Below, one piece after another: positions 1-9,489 of a DNA stretch of 64,000 bases. The stretch is from a bacterium. Lineage in GTDB: Bacteria > UBA8248 > JACPRG01 > G963555815. Location: NCBI GenBank assembly GCA_965218795.1, contig OZ244653.1, positions 1,184,001 through 1,248,000 of the forward strand. The letters are read 5' to 3'. The translations under genes and the position numbers were made by a program. The notes beneath the pieces were generated by a model. The model did not search any database, was not told the DNA's origin, and saw only the letters and a program-made list of their open reading frames with translations. Position 1 is the first letter of the stretch, and each line of letters begins with the position of its first letter.

Positions 1-520
1 GAATCGTGACGGTAAACGCCATGTAGAGCCACTTGATCTTTTTTGGGTCCACGCCGTTCGCCGAAGCCAGGGCGGGGAACATCTGATGGGGGGCCGATCC
101 TTTGCCGACGCCGATAGTCCGGCCCTCCAGGTCTTTGGGGCTCCGGATGCCTTTGTCCGCGGTCGTATAGATGGCATGGAGGGACTTGTCGTGAAACATC
201 CCGATGGCCTTGAGCTTCATCCCCTTGGCGCGGGCTTGAATGATAACGCCCGTATCGGAGTTGGCGTAATCATTCCGCCCGGCGGAGACCGTCTTCACCG
301 TTTTGCCCGACCCGAAGCCCCGGACGATCTTCACATCCAGCCCGACCTCCCTGAAAAAGCCCTTGTCGAGCGCCGTGAACCAACCCAGGTCGCGGCCATA
401 AAACAGCCAGTCGGAGTTGTACGTGACCTTTTCGGCCGCCTGCGCGGTGAGCGCGCCGAGGAGAAGAGCAGCCGTGAAGAACCCAATGCGCCCAGCGAGA
501 GTGACCATTAACCTGTGCAT
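1..520 (-). CDS. ABC transporter substrate-binding protein, NMT1/THI5-SsuA-like (runs off the window edge)
   Basis: Manual translation from ATG at 520: MHRLMVTLAGRIGFFTAALLLGALTAQAAEKVTYNSDWLFYGRDLGWFTALDKGFFREVGLDVKIVRGFGSGKTVK...IRSPKDLEGRTIG. Signal peptide plus the typical 'A..KGfF.e.GLDV' and 'spkDL.Gk.ig' motifs. Not in the supplied ORF track. Confidence 0.85.
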   Translation of the reverse strand, partial: MHRLMVTLAGRIGFFTAALLLGALTAQAAEKVTYNSDWLFYGRDLGWFTALDKGFFREVGLDVKIVRGFGSGKTVKTVSAGRNDYANSDTGVIIQARAKGMKLKAIGMFHDKSLHAIYTTADKGIRSPKDLEGRTIGVGKGSAPHQMFPALASANGVDPKKIKWLYMAFTVTI

Positions 521-800
521 GGTGGTGAAACCCTCCTCCTCCAAGGATGACATTCAGCCTTTCCAATGGGAATGGAAAGACAAAAAACGCGGGGTTTTTC
601 TAATGGCGACAGTTTAGCACATCCCGCTGTCCTCGAGTGATTTCACCCCTCGCCCGCCCAGGTCAGCTTGACAAATGATGACGGGCTTCGTTAACGTTGG
701 ACCGCGAGGCTGGGCAAGTGAATTGGTGCAGCGGGGACAGCGGTTTCTCAAGCTTAGAGGTTCAGGCTCGTCTCTCCACATTATTCTGCTGGAAGGCTCT

Positions 801-970
801 CATGCCCCTGTCAGCCCTTGAAGAAAAGGTTCTCGCGGCCGTTGACGCGGAGCGTCCGCTCACGAGGAGTCCCTCCGCGGCCTCATTCGCATAAAGAGCC
901 ACACGGGGATGGAAGGGCCGGGCCAGCGGGACATTCTTCGGAAATTCCAGGAGATGGGCTTGGCGGAAGA
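801..970 (+). pseudogene. Possible N-terminal remnant of an M20/ArgE-like peptidase
   Basis: MPLSALEEKVLAAVDAER followed by an early stop; another frame gives HILRKFQEMGL. Resembles M20 N-termini. A TTGACA-N18-TAACGT promoter-like sequence lies at 668-697. Confidence 0.3.
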
Positions 971-1111
971 GCCGGGCGGCGTTCTTCCTCAACCTGCTGG
1001 ACTTGCTGTTGTCTCCGCGCCACCAAGCCGCCCCATTTTATCACTGATACGGGATCTCTGAGCAGAACCAGCGCTTCTACCGAGAGGCTCTACGGTCGTC
1101 CGAAACCCAGC

Positions 1112-1402
1112 CTACGCTTCCACCTCGTGCACCTCGAACACCCTGGTCGTGGGTGGGGCGGTGAAGAGATCGCCCACCTCCTCCATCATCCTGGGCCTTA
1201 ACCCTTCCGAGGCGGCCTCGGCGTCTTCCTTTGTTTCCCAAAGGCTGAACGATCCGAATTCGTTCGCTTCATCATCCCCGATGAAGACCATCGACTTGAA
1301 TCCCTTCAAGGCTTTGTACGCGGCGGAAGCTACGCGCGCGCTCTCGTGCCCTTTATCCAACGTCCCCGGCTTGAAATGTAGCAGATTGATGCGCGCATAC
1401 AT
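1112..1402 (-). CDS. Antibiotic biosynthesis monooxygenase (ABM)-like small protein
   Basis: 96 aa, MYARI...KPG...KGFK...SLWETKEDAEA...PTTRVFEV, typical dimeric alpha-beta barrel pattern. Confidence 0.8.
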   Translation of the reverse strand: MYARINLLHFKPGTLDKGHESARVASAAYKALKGFKSMVFIGDDEANEFGSFSLWETKEDAEAASEGLRPRMMEEVGDLFTAPPTTRVFEVHEVEA

Positions 1403-1746
1403 GGTTCTTGTCTCGTGTCACTGAGTTGTCTGTCAGGAACCCGTGTCAGTGTACCCGATTGGAAGGACAATCCAACCGTAAAATCACGCTGGAATCTTCC
1501 CCCCCGCCGGACCGGGGACCTCCCGCCGAGGGATGAGGCGACGGAGATAATCCTTCGCAACGCACGGCCGCCGGGACGACCGTTGGCCGGCTCACCGGAA
1601 TGGCAAATCACACGAGATCGGCTGAATGACTGTGCCCGTACACGCAAACTCGCCAACCTCCCTGAAATCGGCGTAATCCGTGCAATCGCCGCGTGCGCGG
1701 GGACGGCGCCCGTGGATCATCCATCTGAAAAAGGGCCGGAGGAAGG

Positions 1747-1896
1747 ATGAGCGAGGTCAGGGTCGGATTGATACAGATGTCCCTCAAATGCTCGACGGAC
1801 CTGCCACCGGGCGATATCCGCGAGGTCATGACCGAAGCCCATGCCCCCTTCATCGAGGAAGCCGGCAAGCGGGGCCCCACGAAAAAAGACCCCTGA
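1747..1896 (+). pseudogene. Truncated N-terminus of a beta-ureidopropionase-like nitrilase
   Basis: RBS GGAGGAAGG, then MSEVRVGLIQMSLKCSTDLPPGDIREVMTEAHAPFIEEAGKRG; breaks off just before the expected catalytic Glu motif where a repeat region starts. Confidence 0.7.
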
Positions 1897-1975
1897 ACCG
1901 CCTATGAAAAGCCCTTGCAAGGGGGTTGCAAGGGGCGTGCATTGACTCTGCTCCATGCCGACGATGCGTGAAGCG

Positions 1976-2100
1976 GAACGGCCTTCTCCCCCCACCGGAA
2001 AATCCGCGGGCTGCGCCCTTGATTTGCCGACTCCCCCTCAAGGGGGGAGTGATGTATGAAGGGGCCGCACCGGCGTGCCGACTTTCGCCGATTCCCCCTC
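1976..2100. repeat. Repeat family A copy 1 (REP/MITE-like palindromic element)
   Basis: GAACGGCCTTCTCCCCCACCGGAAAATCCGCGGGCTGCGCCCTTGATTTGCCGACTCCCCCTCAAGGGGGGAGTGAT; near-identical copies at about 3944 and 4181; internal hairpin ACTCCCCCTCAAGGGGGGAGT. Confidence 0.9.
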
Positions 2101-2290
2101 CAGGGGAGGGAGAGCAAGCGCGCCCCGCGAAAAAGGCCCCTGAACCGCCCATGCAACGGCGCGTCCGGGACGTTTTTCGATTGTTGCACGCTTGAAATCT
2201 ACGGTTATTTCTTTTTTGGTTTTTCGGGTCTTTCCGGGCGGTCGTCCGGGTTTTCTCAGGGGGGCGCTGTCCAGGTATCCCCGCCATAAA

Positions 2291-2520
2291 GGCTGTTCTA
2301 CCCCTTCCGCCGTTACAATGTCCCGGAAAAGGCACTTGTTACGCGATTTTTAGGCCGACGACGCAAGAAAGCGGCGGTCGGATTTTGCGGCGCGCGGCGC
2401 GCATTTGAAGCGTATCTGTGCAGCGCGCGGCCATGGCCACCACAGCCACTTTTGCACGGTATAGCACGGAATAGCACGGATAGGCACGGTATCTTGGCCC
2501 CTACAGTTATTTGCGATCCC
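2291..2520. repeat. Repeat family B copy 1, with four CACGG motifs at 10-bp spacing
   Basis: Aligns by eye with 4371-4598 (GGCTGTTC..., TGTCCCGGAAAAGGCRCTTGTTACGCGATT..., TTGGCCCCTACAGTTATTT). CACGG at 2455, 2465, 2475, 2485. Confidence 0.85.
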
Positions 2521-2754
2521 GGACAACGAGCGCTATCGTTACGCCGACCCCATCTCTGACGCGAGCGCGTCAGGTTCTCGCTGAAGAAGGCCCGGCCGAA
2601 CCAGGCTGAGGGCCTTCCATCCAAGACCGTCGGGATCGACTCCTTCGGATGACAACGGAGGGGTCGGTCTGTTAAGTTCATCCGGGTTGTTCGTGTCTGG
2701 AGGACGTCGGAGTTCCCGAACGCGTCCACCTTCCCTTGACCAAGATACGCTGAC

Positions 2755-3624
2755 ATGTTCTACACGCCCGTCTCGCTCGCCCTGTACTCGGCCTCGGCCT
2801 TCGCCTGCTCGGAGTTCGCGGCCCGGGTCGCTGTGCGGTATGCATCCCCATACACTGGGGCGATGATGCAGGCCGTTGTCCACCTGATCATTTTTGGACT
2901 CCTGGCCCTTTCGATTTCTCCCCGCCCCGACATCTTCAATGCCGGGGGCTGGTGGTTTTTCGCTTCAGGGGCCTTTGACCCGGGCCTCGGCGTGATCTGC
3001 TATTTCGCGGCCTTCGCCCGTATCGGCGTCGCCCGAGCGGCAACGGTTTTGGGAACCTCTCCTCTCTTCAGTGCCGCTGCAGCCATCCTCTTTCTGGGAG
3101 AACGGCCCAATGCGTGGGTTTGGATAGGAACCCTGGGCATCGTCTCCGGCGTAGGCGCGCTCGCCTATGAAAGAAAAGGAGGCATGCAAAGCAGATCGGG
3201 CTATGTGTTTGCCGTTCTGGCGGCCCTTTTCTTCGCTCTCTCGCACACCTTCCGTAAGATTGGACTCGACTACATTCCATCATCGACAACGGGGATGGCG
3301 ATCGGGAATGTGGGGGCGGTGCTGACACTCATCCTGCTGCTTCCGCTCATGCCGGCAGGCTCCCGGCTGAACTTTCATCCCAAGGGGCTGTTCTTATACT
3401 TTGTTCATATGCTGGGGATTGCCCTGGCCCTCTACATGCTGCTGGAGGGTCTTCGCTTGGGCACCGTCAGCGTTGTCGTGCCCCTGGTGCACACCGCCCC
3501 TCTGCTTGTGGTGTTGCTCGCTTGGATCTTCCTGAAAGAGAAAGAGCAGATCACGGCCCGGCTCTTTCTCGGGTCTGCTCTGATTGTTGCGGGGGCGGCC
3601 ACCATCACCGGCCTGGGACATTAG
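2755..3624 (+). CDS. EamA/DMT family transporter
   Basis: 289 aa, about 10 hydrophobic segments in two repeats, with SPLF..LFLGE and PLLVVLLAWIFLKE motifs. Confidence 0.9.
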   Translation: MFYTPVSLALYSASAFACSEFAARVAVRYASPYTGAMMQAVVHLIIFGLLALSISPRPDIFNAGGWWFFASGAFDPGLGVICYFAAFARIGVARAATVLGTSPLFSAAAAILFLGERPNAWVWIGTLGIVSGVGALAYERKGGMQSRSGYVFAVLAALFFALSHTFRKIGLDYIPSSTTGMAIGNVGAVLTLILLLPLMPAGSRLNFHPKGLFLYFVHMLGIALALYMLLEGLRLGTVSVVVPLVHTAPLLVVLLAWIFLKEKEQITARLFLGSALIVAGAATITGLGH

Positions 3625-3932
3625 GCCGGGTAGCCTTCGGCAATGAGGCCGACGCGAATCCCGGAAAAATCCGTCATGACCAAAATCAGGGATTGGACCG
3701 GCTTTCCGGCGGACTTGCCCCCCCTGTCTCCGGCGGGAACGAGCCGGGGGGAGTGACGACAGGTTGATCCGGCATGCCGGAAGAAGGACTGTCGGACTCG
3801 GCTCCTTCTGCGTGGCGGATCGAAGTTCATTGCGAACGGCCCGAAACTCCGGGGAATTCCGGGGCGAAACGGTAGGGAAAACGTGAAGGGTGCATGAGGT
3901 GTTAGAAGACTCCCCACCGCATCAGCCTTTGC

Positions 3933-4067
3933 CGCGTGAATCGGAACGGCCTCTCCCCCCACCGGAAAATCCGCAGGCTGCACCCTTGATTTGCCGACTC
4001 CCCCTCAAGGGGGGAGTGATTGATGGAGGGCCGCACCGGCGGGCCGGGCTTTCGCTGATTCCCGCTC
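3933..4067. repeat. Repeat family A copy 2
   Basis: Near-identical to 1976-2100. Confidence 0.9.
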
Positions 4068-4180
4068 AAGGCCTGTCTGCCGAAAGGCAGGGGGGGAAGA
4101 TTGAAGGACCAGGAGGCTGTTGTGCCGCATGGGTTCTCGTCCTGTCCGGCAACCAGGCGCTGCCTCCGCCGGGTCAAGCC

Positions 4181-4286
4181 GAACGGCCTTCTCCCCCCAC
4201 CGGAAAATCCGCAGGCTACGCCCTTGATTTGCCGACTCCCCCTCAAGGGGGAAGTGATATATGAAGGGGCCGCACGGCGGACCGGG
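4181..4286. repeat. Repeat family A copy 3
   Basis: Near-identical to 1976-2070. Confidence 0.9.
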
Positions 4287-4370
4287 TGTTCTCCCGGGTA
4301 CACTGTCTACCGCTCAGCGGTGCGCTGTGTGGCCCTCAGCGGAGCGCCTGTCCGCCCATCCGGGCAAGAC

Positions 4371-4598
4371 GGCTGTTCAACCCCTCATGTCTTTAATTTG
4401 TCCCGGAAAAGGCGCTTGTTACGCGATTATTAGGCGTTTGAGGCAGGAAAGCGACGGTCGGATTTCGGGGCGAAGGATCAGGCGTTCACGCGTACTTTGC
4501 GGAGCGCGCTGACGGCACCCACCGCCACTTTTCCACGGTATTCCACGGTATCCCACGGATAAACACGGTATTTTGGCCCCTACAGTTATTTCCGATCC
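4371..4598. repeat. Repeat family B copy 2, with four CACGG motifs at 10-bp spacing
   Basis: CACGG at 4534, 4544, 4554, 4564; flanks match 2291-2520. Confidence 0.85.
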
Positions 4599-4845
4599 TA
4601 ATCATTCGGTCTGGAGACGAACGATTCGCGCGTGGGGGAACCCGCTTCGAACCGCCCGCCCGATGAGTGTGCCCGGGGCGTTCAGGTCATCCACGGAGAG
4701 CGTCGTTCCCGGCGCTTTCTCCAGAGCGTCCTGAAAAGTGACCGAGGACCCCGCCCAATGATTGAGGGCTCCCCCCCCCCCCCCGCGCGCTGTCCTCGGC
4801 CTCTGTCAAACCCCGCGTTTTCCTCCCGGGCGTCGAACCTCGCCG

Positions 4846-5904
4846 CTACCCTTTCAAGTCATTGAGGATATCCAGCATCTCGACCTTGACGTCCTTTTGA
4901 TTTTTGAGCACTTCGGCCAGCGGCACCGCCACGATATCCTCCCCTTTGAGGGCCGCCATGACGCGGTCTTTCCCGGCCAACAGGAATTTCACTGCGTCCA
5001 CGCCCATTCGGCTCGCCAGAACGCGATCACGCGCCGAGGGTGAGCCGCCCCGCTGGATATAGCCGAGGATGCTGACGCGTGAGTCCAGGCGCAGGTCTTC
5101 CCTCACCAGGTCCGCGGTCTCTTGCGCCCCGCCCAACTCGTCTCCTTCCGCGACCACAACGATGAAACTTCGCTTGCCCCGGTCGAAGGCGTCTTTGATC
5201 TCGATGAGAAAGTTCTCCAGGTCGGAGCGGGTCTCGGGAATGAAAACCTCCTCCGCGCCGCCGGCGACGGCGACGTCCAGGGCCAGACCGCCGGCATTGC
5301 GACCCATCACCTCTACAAAGAAAAGCCGCTCATGGGAAAAAGCCGTATCCCGGATTCGGTCGATGGCCTCCATGGCCGTGTTCACCGCAGTGTCATACCC
5401 GATGGTGCAATCGGTTCCGTAGATGTCGTTGTCGATGGTGCCGGGAATGACGACGACCGGGATGCCCTGCTCCCGGGAGAGCAGCTCCGCCCCCCGGAAG
5501 GTCCCGTCCCCCCCGATGGCGATCAGACCCTGGACGTTCTTCGCCCGAAGATTTTTTGCCGCCTGCGCCCTGCCCTCCTCCGTCAGGAAGGGCTTGCACC
5601 GGGAAGTCTCAAGGATGGTCCCGCCGCGCTGGATGATGCCCCGGACGTCGGAACAGGAAAGGCGTTGGATGTTGTCGTCAATCAGACCCCAGTAGCCCCG
5701 GCGGGCGCCGAAGACCTCGAATCCCCTGCACTCTGCAGCGCGAACGACCGCCCGGATCGCGGCGTTCATGCCGGGCGCGTCCCCGCCGCTGGTCAGGATG
5801 GCCAGTGTCCTCTCGAGGGCGGGCACCGAAGCTCTTTGGGCCGGAACCTCCGCCGGCTTGGAAGGGGACCCGTCGGCCGGTTCAGGTGGAGGAGTAGAAG
5901 GCAT
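4846..5904 (-). CDS. pfkA: ATP-dependent 6-phosphofructokinase
   Basis: TSGGDAPGMN, IGGDG, PGTIDND, EVMGR and LGYIQRGG motifs; GGDG and PGT match ATP-type PfkA. Confidence 0.96.
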   Translation of the reverse strand: MPSTPPPEPADGSPSKPAEVPAQRASVPALERTLAILTSGGDAPGMNAAIRAVVRAAECRGFEVFGARRGYWGLIDDNIQRLSCSDVRGIIQRGGTILETSRCKPFLTEEGRAQAAKNLRAKNVQGLIAIGGDGTFRGAELLSREQGIPVVVIPGTIDNDIYGTDCTIGYDTAVNTAMEAIDRIRDTAFSHERLFFVEVMGRNAGGLALDVAVAGGAEEVFIPETRSDLENFLIEIKDAFDRGKRSFIVVVAEGDELGGAQETADLVREDLRLDSRVSILGYIQRGGSPSARDRVLASRMGVDAVKFLLAGKDRVMAALKGEDIVAVPLAEVLKNQKDVKVEMLDILNDLKG

Positions 5905-5933
5905 GGATGGAAATCCGCTCGAATGGCTGGGAG

Positions 5934-6941
5934 CTAGCGCTTTCCCTGGTAGAATTCCTCAGCCAGCTCAACGTCTTCCTTGGATCCGATCAGAAGCGGG
6001 CTGCGCTGGTGAAGAGCCTTCGGCTCCACGGCCATGATCCGTTCATGGCCCGTGCTTGCCTCGCCCCCGGCCTGCTCCACGATGTATGCGAGGGGGCTGC
6101 ATTCATACAAAAGGCGGAGCTTCCCGCCCGGGCTCCTCTTATCGCCGGGATAGAGAAATATTCCGCCCTTCAGCAGGTTCCGGTGAAAGTCCGCAACCAG
6201 TGACCCGATATACCGGCCCGAGTACGGCCTGTCAGTCTCCTGGTCTTCCGATTTGACGTAGGCCACATAGCGCTCGGTCTCTTCAGTCCAGTGGGAGGAG
6301 TTTCCTTCGTTGATGCTGTATATCTTGCCCTTTGGCGGAATCCGGATTTGGGGGTGGGAGAGAAAAAATTCGCCGATCTGCGGATCCAGAGTAAACCCGC
6401 AAACGCCGTCCCCGGTCGTGTAGACCAGCATGACGCTGGAGCCGTAAATGATGTATCCCGCGGCCACCTGCTCGTCCCCCTTCTGGACGCAGTCACTCGG
6501 CTCGCCCCGTTTCGAGGTGCTCCTTTTCCGGAAGATGGAAAAAATCGTTCCAATACTCACATTGACGTCGATATTGGAGGATCCGTCCAACGGGTCGTAC
6601 ACGAGAGCGTAATCCCCGGCAGGAAACCGGTCCGGTATCATAAAGGCCTCGTTCATTTCCTCGGAGGCCATCGCGCAGAGATACCCTCCATGGTCGAGGC
6701 AGTTTCGGATTGTGATATTGGCGAACTCGTCGAGTTTCTGAACCTCCTCGCCCTGGATGTTCATTTTCCCCGTCAGGCCGAGGATATCCGCCAGGCCGGC
6801 CTTGTTCACCTTGCTGTAAATGATCTTGCCCGCAAGAGCAATCTGCGTCAGAAGCCCGGTCAGGAACCCTTGCGCCTCGGGAAATTTCGCCTGCTCCTCG
6901 ACGATACAGCGCTCCAGGGTCATTCCGACGTCGCGCGTCAC
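5934..6941 (-). CDS. fbp: Class I fructose-1,6-bisphosphatase
   Basis: SEE, DPLDGSSN, RYIGSLVADFHR and GKLRLLYEC motifs. Confidence 0.97.
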   Translation of the reverse strand: MTRDVGMTLERCIVEEQAKFPEAQGFLTGLLTQIALAGKIIYSKVNKAGLADILGLTGKMNIQGEEVQKLDEFANITIRNCLDHGGYLCAMASEEMNEAFMIPDRFPAGDYALVYDPLDGSSNIDVNVSIGTIFSIFRKRSTSKRGEPSDCVQKGDEQVAAGYIIYGSSVMLVYTTGDGVCGFTLDPQIGEFFLSHPQIRIPPKGKIYSINEGNSSHWTEETERYVAYVKSEDQETDRPYSGRYIGSLVADFHRNLLKGGIFLYPGDKRSPGGKLRLLYECSPLAYIVEQAGGEASTGHERIMAVEPKALHQRSPLLIGSKEDVELAEEFYQGKR

Positions 6942-6955
6942 GGGCCGGTCCTTCT

Positions 6956-8362
6956 CTATCCGGAAAGCGCCGCCGGAGACAGGATCTCGACGGCTACGGG
7001 GTTGACCGCGCGGTCCACGGCCTCCCGGGTATTGACGACGTTCAACTTGTCAAACAGGAACGTAAATTGCTTCTCCAGATCGCTTCGAATAACGGCTCGC
7101 ACCTCCTCGGACAGACCCCCAAGCTGCATCTTGAAGGGCCCGAACGCGCGTTTCCTCTCCTTGTAGAACAGCTGTTCGTCCGTGTCGCCCTCCTTCCGGG
7201 AGCTTTCAAACGTCTCCATGACCCAGCCCCGCATATCCTTGAACAGATCCTCCGGCAACCGCTCGTAGATCATGTTTTGAAAAGCTGTCGCCAAATGGAC
7301 CTCGGAAGCGCCGGACCGGACGAACTGGTCGAAGGCCTCCTCCGGCAGCGTGGACGCCCCGTGCTGAACCGCGCCGCTCAACCGATACTTCTCCCGACAG
7401 AGTGTGGAGATCTCCCGGAGGGCGTCGAAGTCAATGCTGGCCTGGGCCATCGTGCCGTCCGGAAGAACCACTCCCCCGTGACTGGTGCCGGTCTGGATGC
7501 TGAGCTTGCTGATTCCGACGGAATCTTCGCCGAATGACGCGAGCGTTTCGTTGTAGTTGTCGATGAAGGTCTCCGCCTCCTCCACCGTCGTGTTCTTCCC
7601 CCCCACTTCGCCGACCTCGCCGCCGACGGAAACCGTCACGCCCTCCGGCTCGTTCTCGCGGATGAAGCGGGTGAGCTCGGCAGCCTTTTCAAAATTCAGG
7701 CGTTGCTGCTCCTGGACGGTCGGCCGGCTCAGGTCGACGAGGGTCGAAGAGTCGATATCGATGTTGTAAAACCCGGCTTCGAGGGCCTCCCGGATCAGAT
7801 CGCGGATGGCGCCGATTTCCTTTTCCGGATCCTCCAGGAATTTCTTGGCGTTGACCTGGAAGTGATCGCCCTGGATGAAAATCGGACCCCGGTAACCCTC
7901 TTTGATAGCGGCGGCGAGCACCGAAGCCGAATATTCGGCGGGCCTCTGCTCGGTATAACCGATCTCGGATCTGGCAATCTCGAAGAGGAACGCGCCCACC
8001 GAATTGGCCTGAGCCGCCCGAATGATTGACCGGGCCACGTCCACGGTGAGCCCGCGAACGTTGATGGCCGGTGTGGTAACCCCCCCCGCCTCCCCCCGGC
8101 CCATGGCCGTGTAGAGGTCATGAATCGAGGCGGGCAGGATCCCCTGGGCCGCCGCAACGCTGCGGATAAGCCAACGGCAGTAGTCCCTCATATCCTCGGC
8201 TGCATGATGGACCGCGTGCCACGACACCTGATCGATCAGGTCTCCCCGCAAGCGGGTCTCGTCCTCAACCCGGACTGATCCGTTCTCACCGACCGCGACG
8301 ATTCCCGTCAGGGCCGTCTGACAATCGCGTCTGTCCGCCCACATCGTCCTTTTCCTCGGCAA
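6956..8362 (-). CDS. fba: Class II fructose-bisphosphate aldolase (long type)
   Basis: QGDH, DIDSS, GEVGEVGG, GTSHGG and VQHGAS motifs; start codon uncertain. Confidence 0.88.
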   Translation of the reverse strand: MPRKRTMWADRRDCQTALTGIVAVGENGSVRVEDETRLRGDLIDQVSWHAVHHAAEDMRDYCRWLIRSVAAAQGILPASIHDLYTAMGRGEAGGVTTPAINVRGLTVDVARSIIRAAQANSVGAFLFEIARSEIGYTEQRPAEYSASVLAAAIKEGYRGPIFIQGDHFQVNAKKFLEDPEKEIGAIRDLIREALEAGFYNIDIDSSTLVDLSRPTVQEQQRLNFEKAAELTRFIRENEPEGVTVSVGGEVGEVGGKNTTVEEAETFIDNYNETLASFGEDSVGISKLSIQTGTSHGGVVLPDGTMAQASIDFDALREISTLCREKYRLSGAVQHGASTLPEEAFDQFVRSGASEVHLATAFQNMIYERLPEDLFKDMRGWVMETFESSRKEGDTDEQLFYKERKRAFGPFKMQLGGLSEEVRAVIRSDLEKQFTFLFDKLNVVNTREAVDRAVNPVAVEILSPAALSG

Positions 8363-8984
8363 TGAAACGCTTCTTCGAGGCCCCCCCCCTGACAGTCAGA
8401 TCCTCCAAAGGCTGTCTGGTTCATTATCGACGGCGCCCACCGCCTCGATCGGCGTCGGCCCGCCGCGCCCGACCTGCCCCAAAACCTAATCATACATGAA
8501 AAAATGACCGTCAGGTCACCCGCCACGCTCACCCCCGCCACAAACCACATGAGCCTCTCGATCCAGTTGCAAACCACAGAGATCAGAAGCAGGACGAAGA
8601 AGAACAGGATGGTCGCGCGCGCCCAAAACAGACTCCCGGACTTGGGCGTCCACCCCAACGGCAAACCGGTCGGCTCGGCCAGGGATGTGCTCCCGCTACG
8701 GCATAAGCGCCGAACCACAGTGAGATGCAAAGCAGGTCGAGCCAGAGGAATCCGGCCGAAGGCGGGACTCATGCGGTGAAACCGGACGAACATCGTCTCC
8801 CCCCCCGTATTCACCGTACAACGGCCGGTCCCCGCGGTGATCCAAAGTTGCATCAATCCCGCGGGAATCAGGAGTCCGAGCCAGTGCGTCCCATACTTGG
8901 CGGTGAGGTGAGAAGTCACGAATTGGATAGAACGAAAAACAGGCAGGAAAGACGGGATCCTTCAGCTCCCGGAGCCCATCACCA

Positions 8985-9380
8985 TCAATTCCTGGACACC
9001 CGGACGAGGTAGCGGAAGCGGTAGGTTCTCATCTTCGCTTTGACCCTCACGGCCAGATCCAGACCGATGGTCCGCTGATTCAGGCTGGACGCGATGGTTC
9101 TCCGCCGTTCCGCCATCTGATCCGCATTAGCTGCGCTGCTTGGGATGTATCGCTCGCTATCGTAATCCCATACGGGCAGGATGGGGAGGACCACGTGGCG
9201 AATGGGTCCGCCGAGCACGTTCTCCGCGGGGATGATGGAATCATCGTGGAAGCCGCTCGGCGTGATGGTCACGGGGGGCTGGGGTTTGCCTCGGTTGCGG
9301 AACGGGGTCTTTTGATGGATGACGGTCTTGGCCGCGCCGGTCTCGCTGACGTAGCGGGATGCGTCCCAGTCGATGCTCAT
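8985..9380 (-). CDS. Hypothetical protein (possibly 5'-truncated)
   Basis: 131-aa ORF with protein-like composition; no motif recognised. Confidence 0.35.
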   Translation of the reverse strand: MSIDWDASRYVSETGAAKTVIHQKTPFRNRGKPQPPVTITPSGFHDDSIIPAENVLGGPIRHVVLPILPVWDYDSERYIPSSAANADQMAERRRTIASSLNQRTIGLDLAVRVKAKMRTYRFRYLVRVSRN

Positions 9381-9489
9381 CAGCGCTGCCGTATTGTTGC
9401 GGATACAAAACGGCCGGGGGACAGGCGCTCACCCCGGCCGTCTCATCGCGCATCCGAATTGAACGCTCAACCTCCCCTGGAAGACCGGG

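Noticed and set aside
1976-4598. CRISPR array from repeats A/B
   Set aside because: Repeats are over 100 bp, irregularly spaced, only 2-3 copies, with no unique equal-length spacers and no cas genes.
8308-8919. 203-aa membrane protein upstream of fba
   Set aside because: Only a short hydrophobic stretch looks protein-like, no motif, overlaps the fba start; possibly a degraded gene but not supportable.
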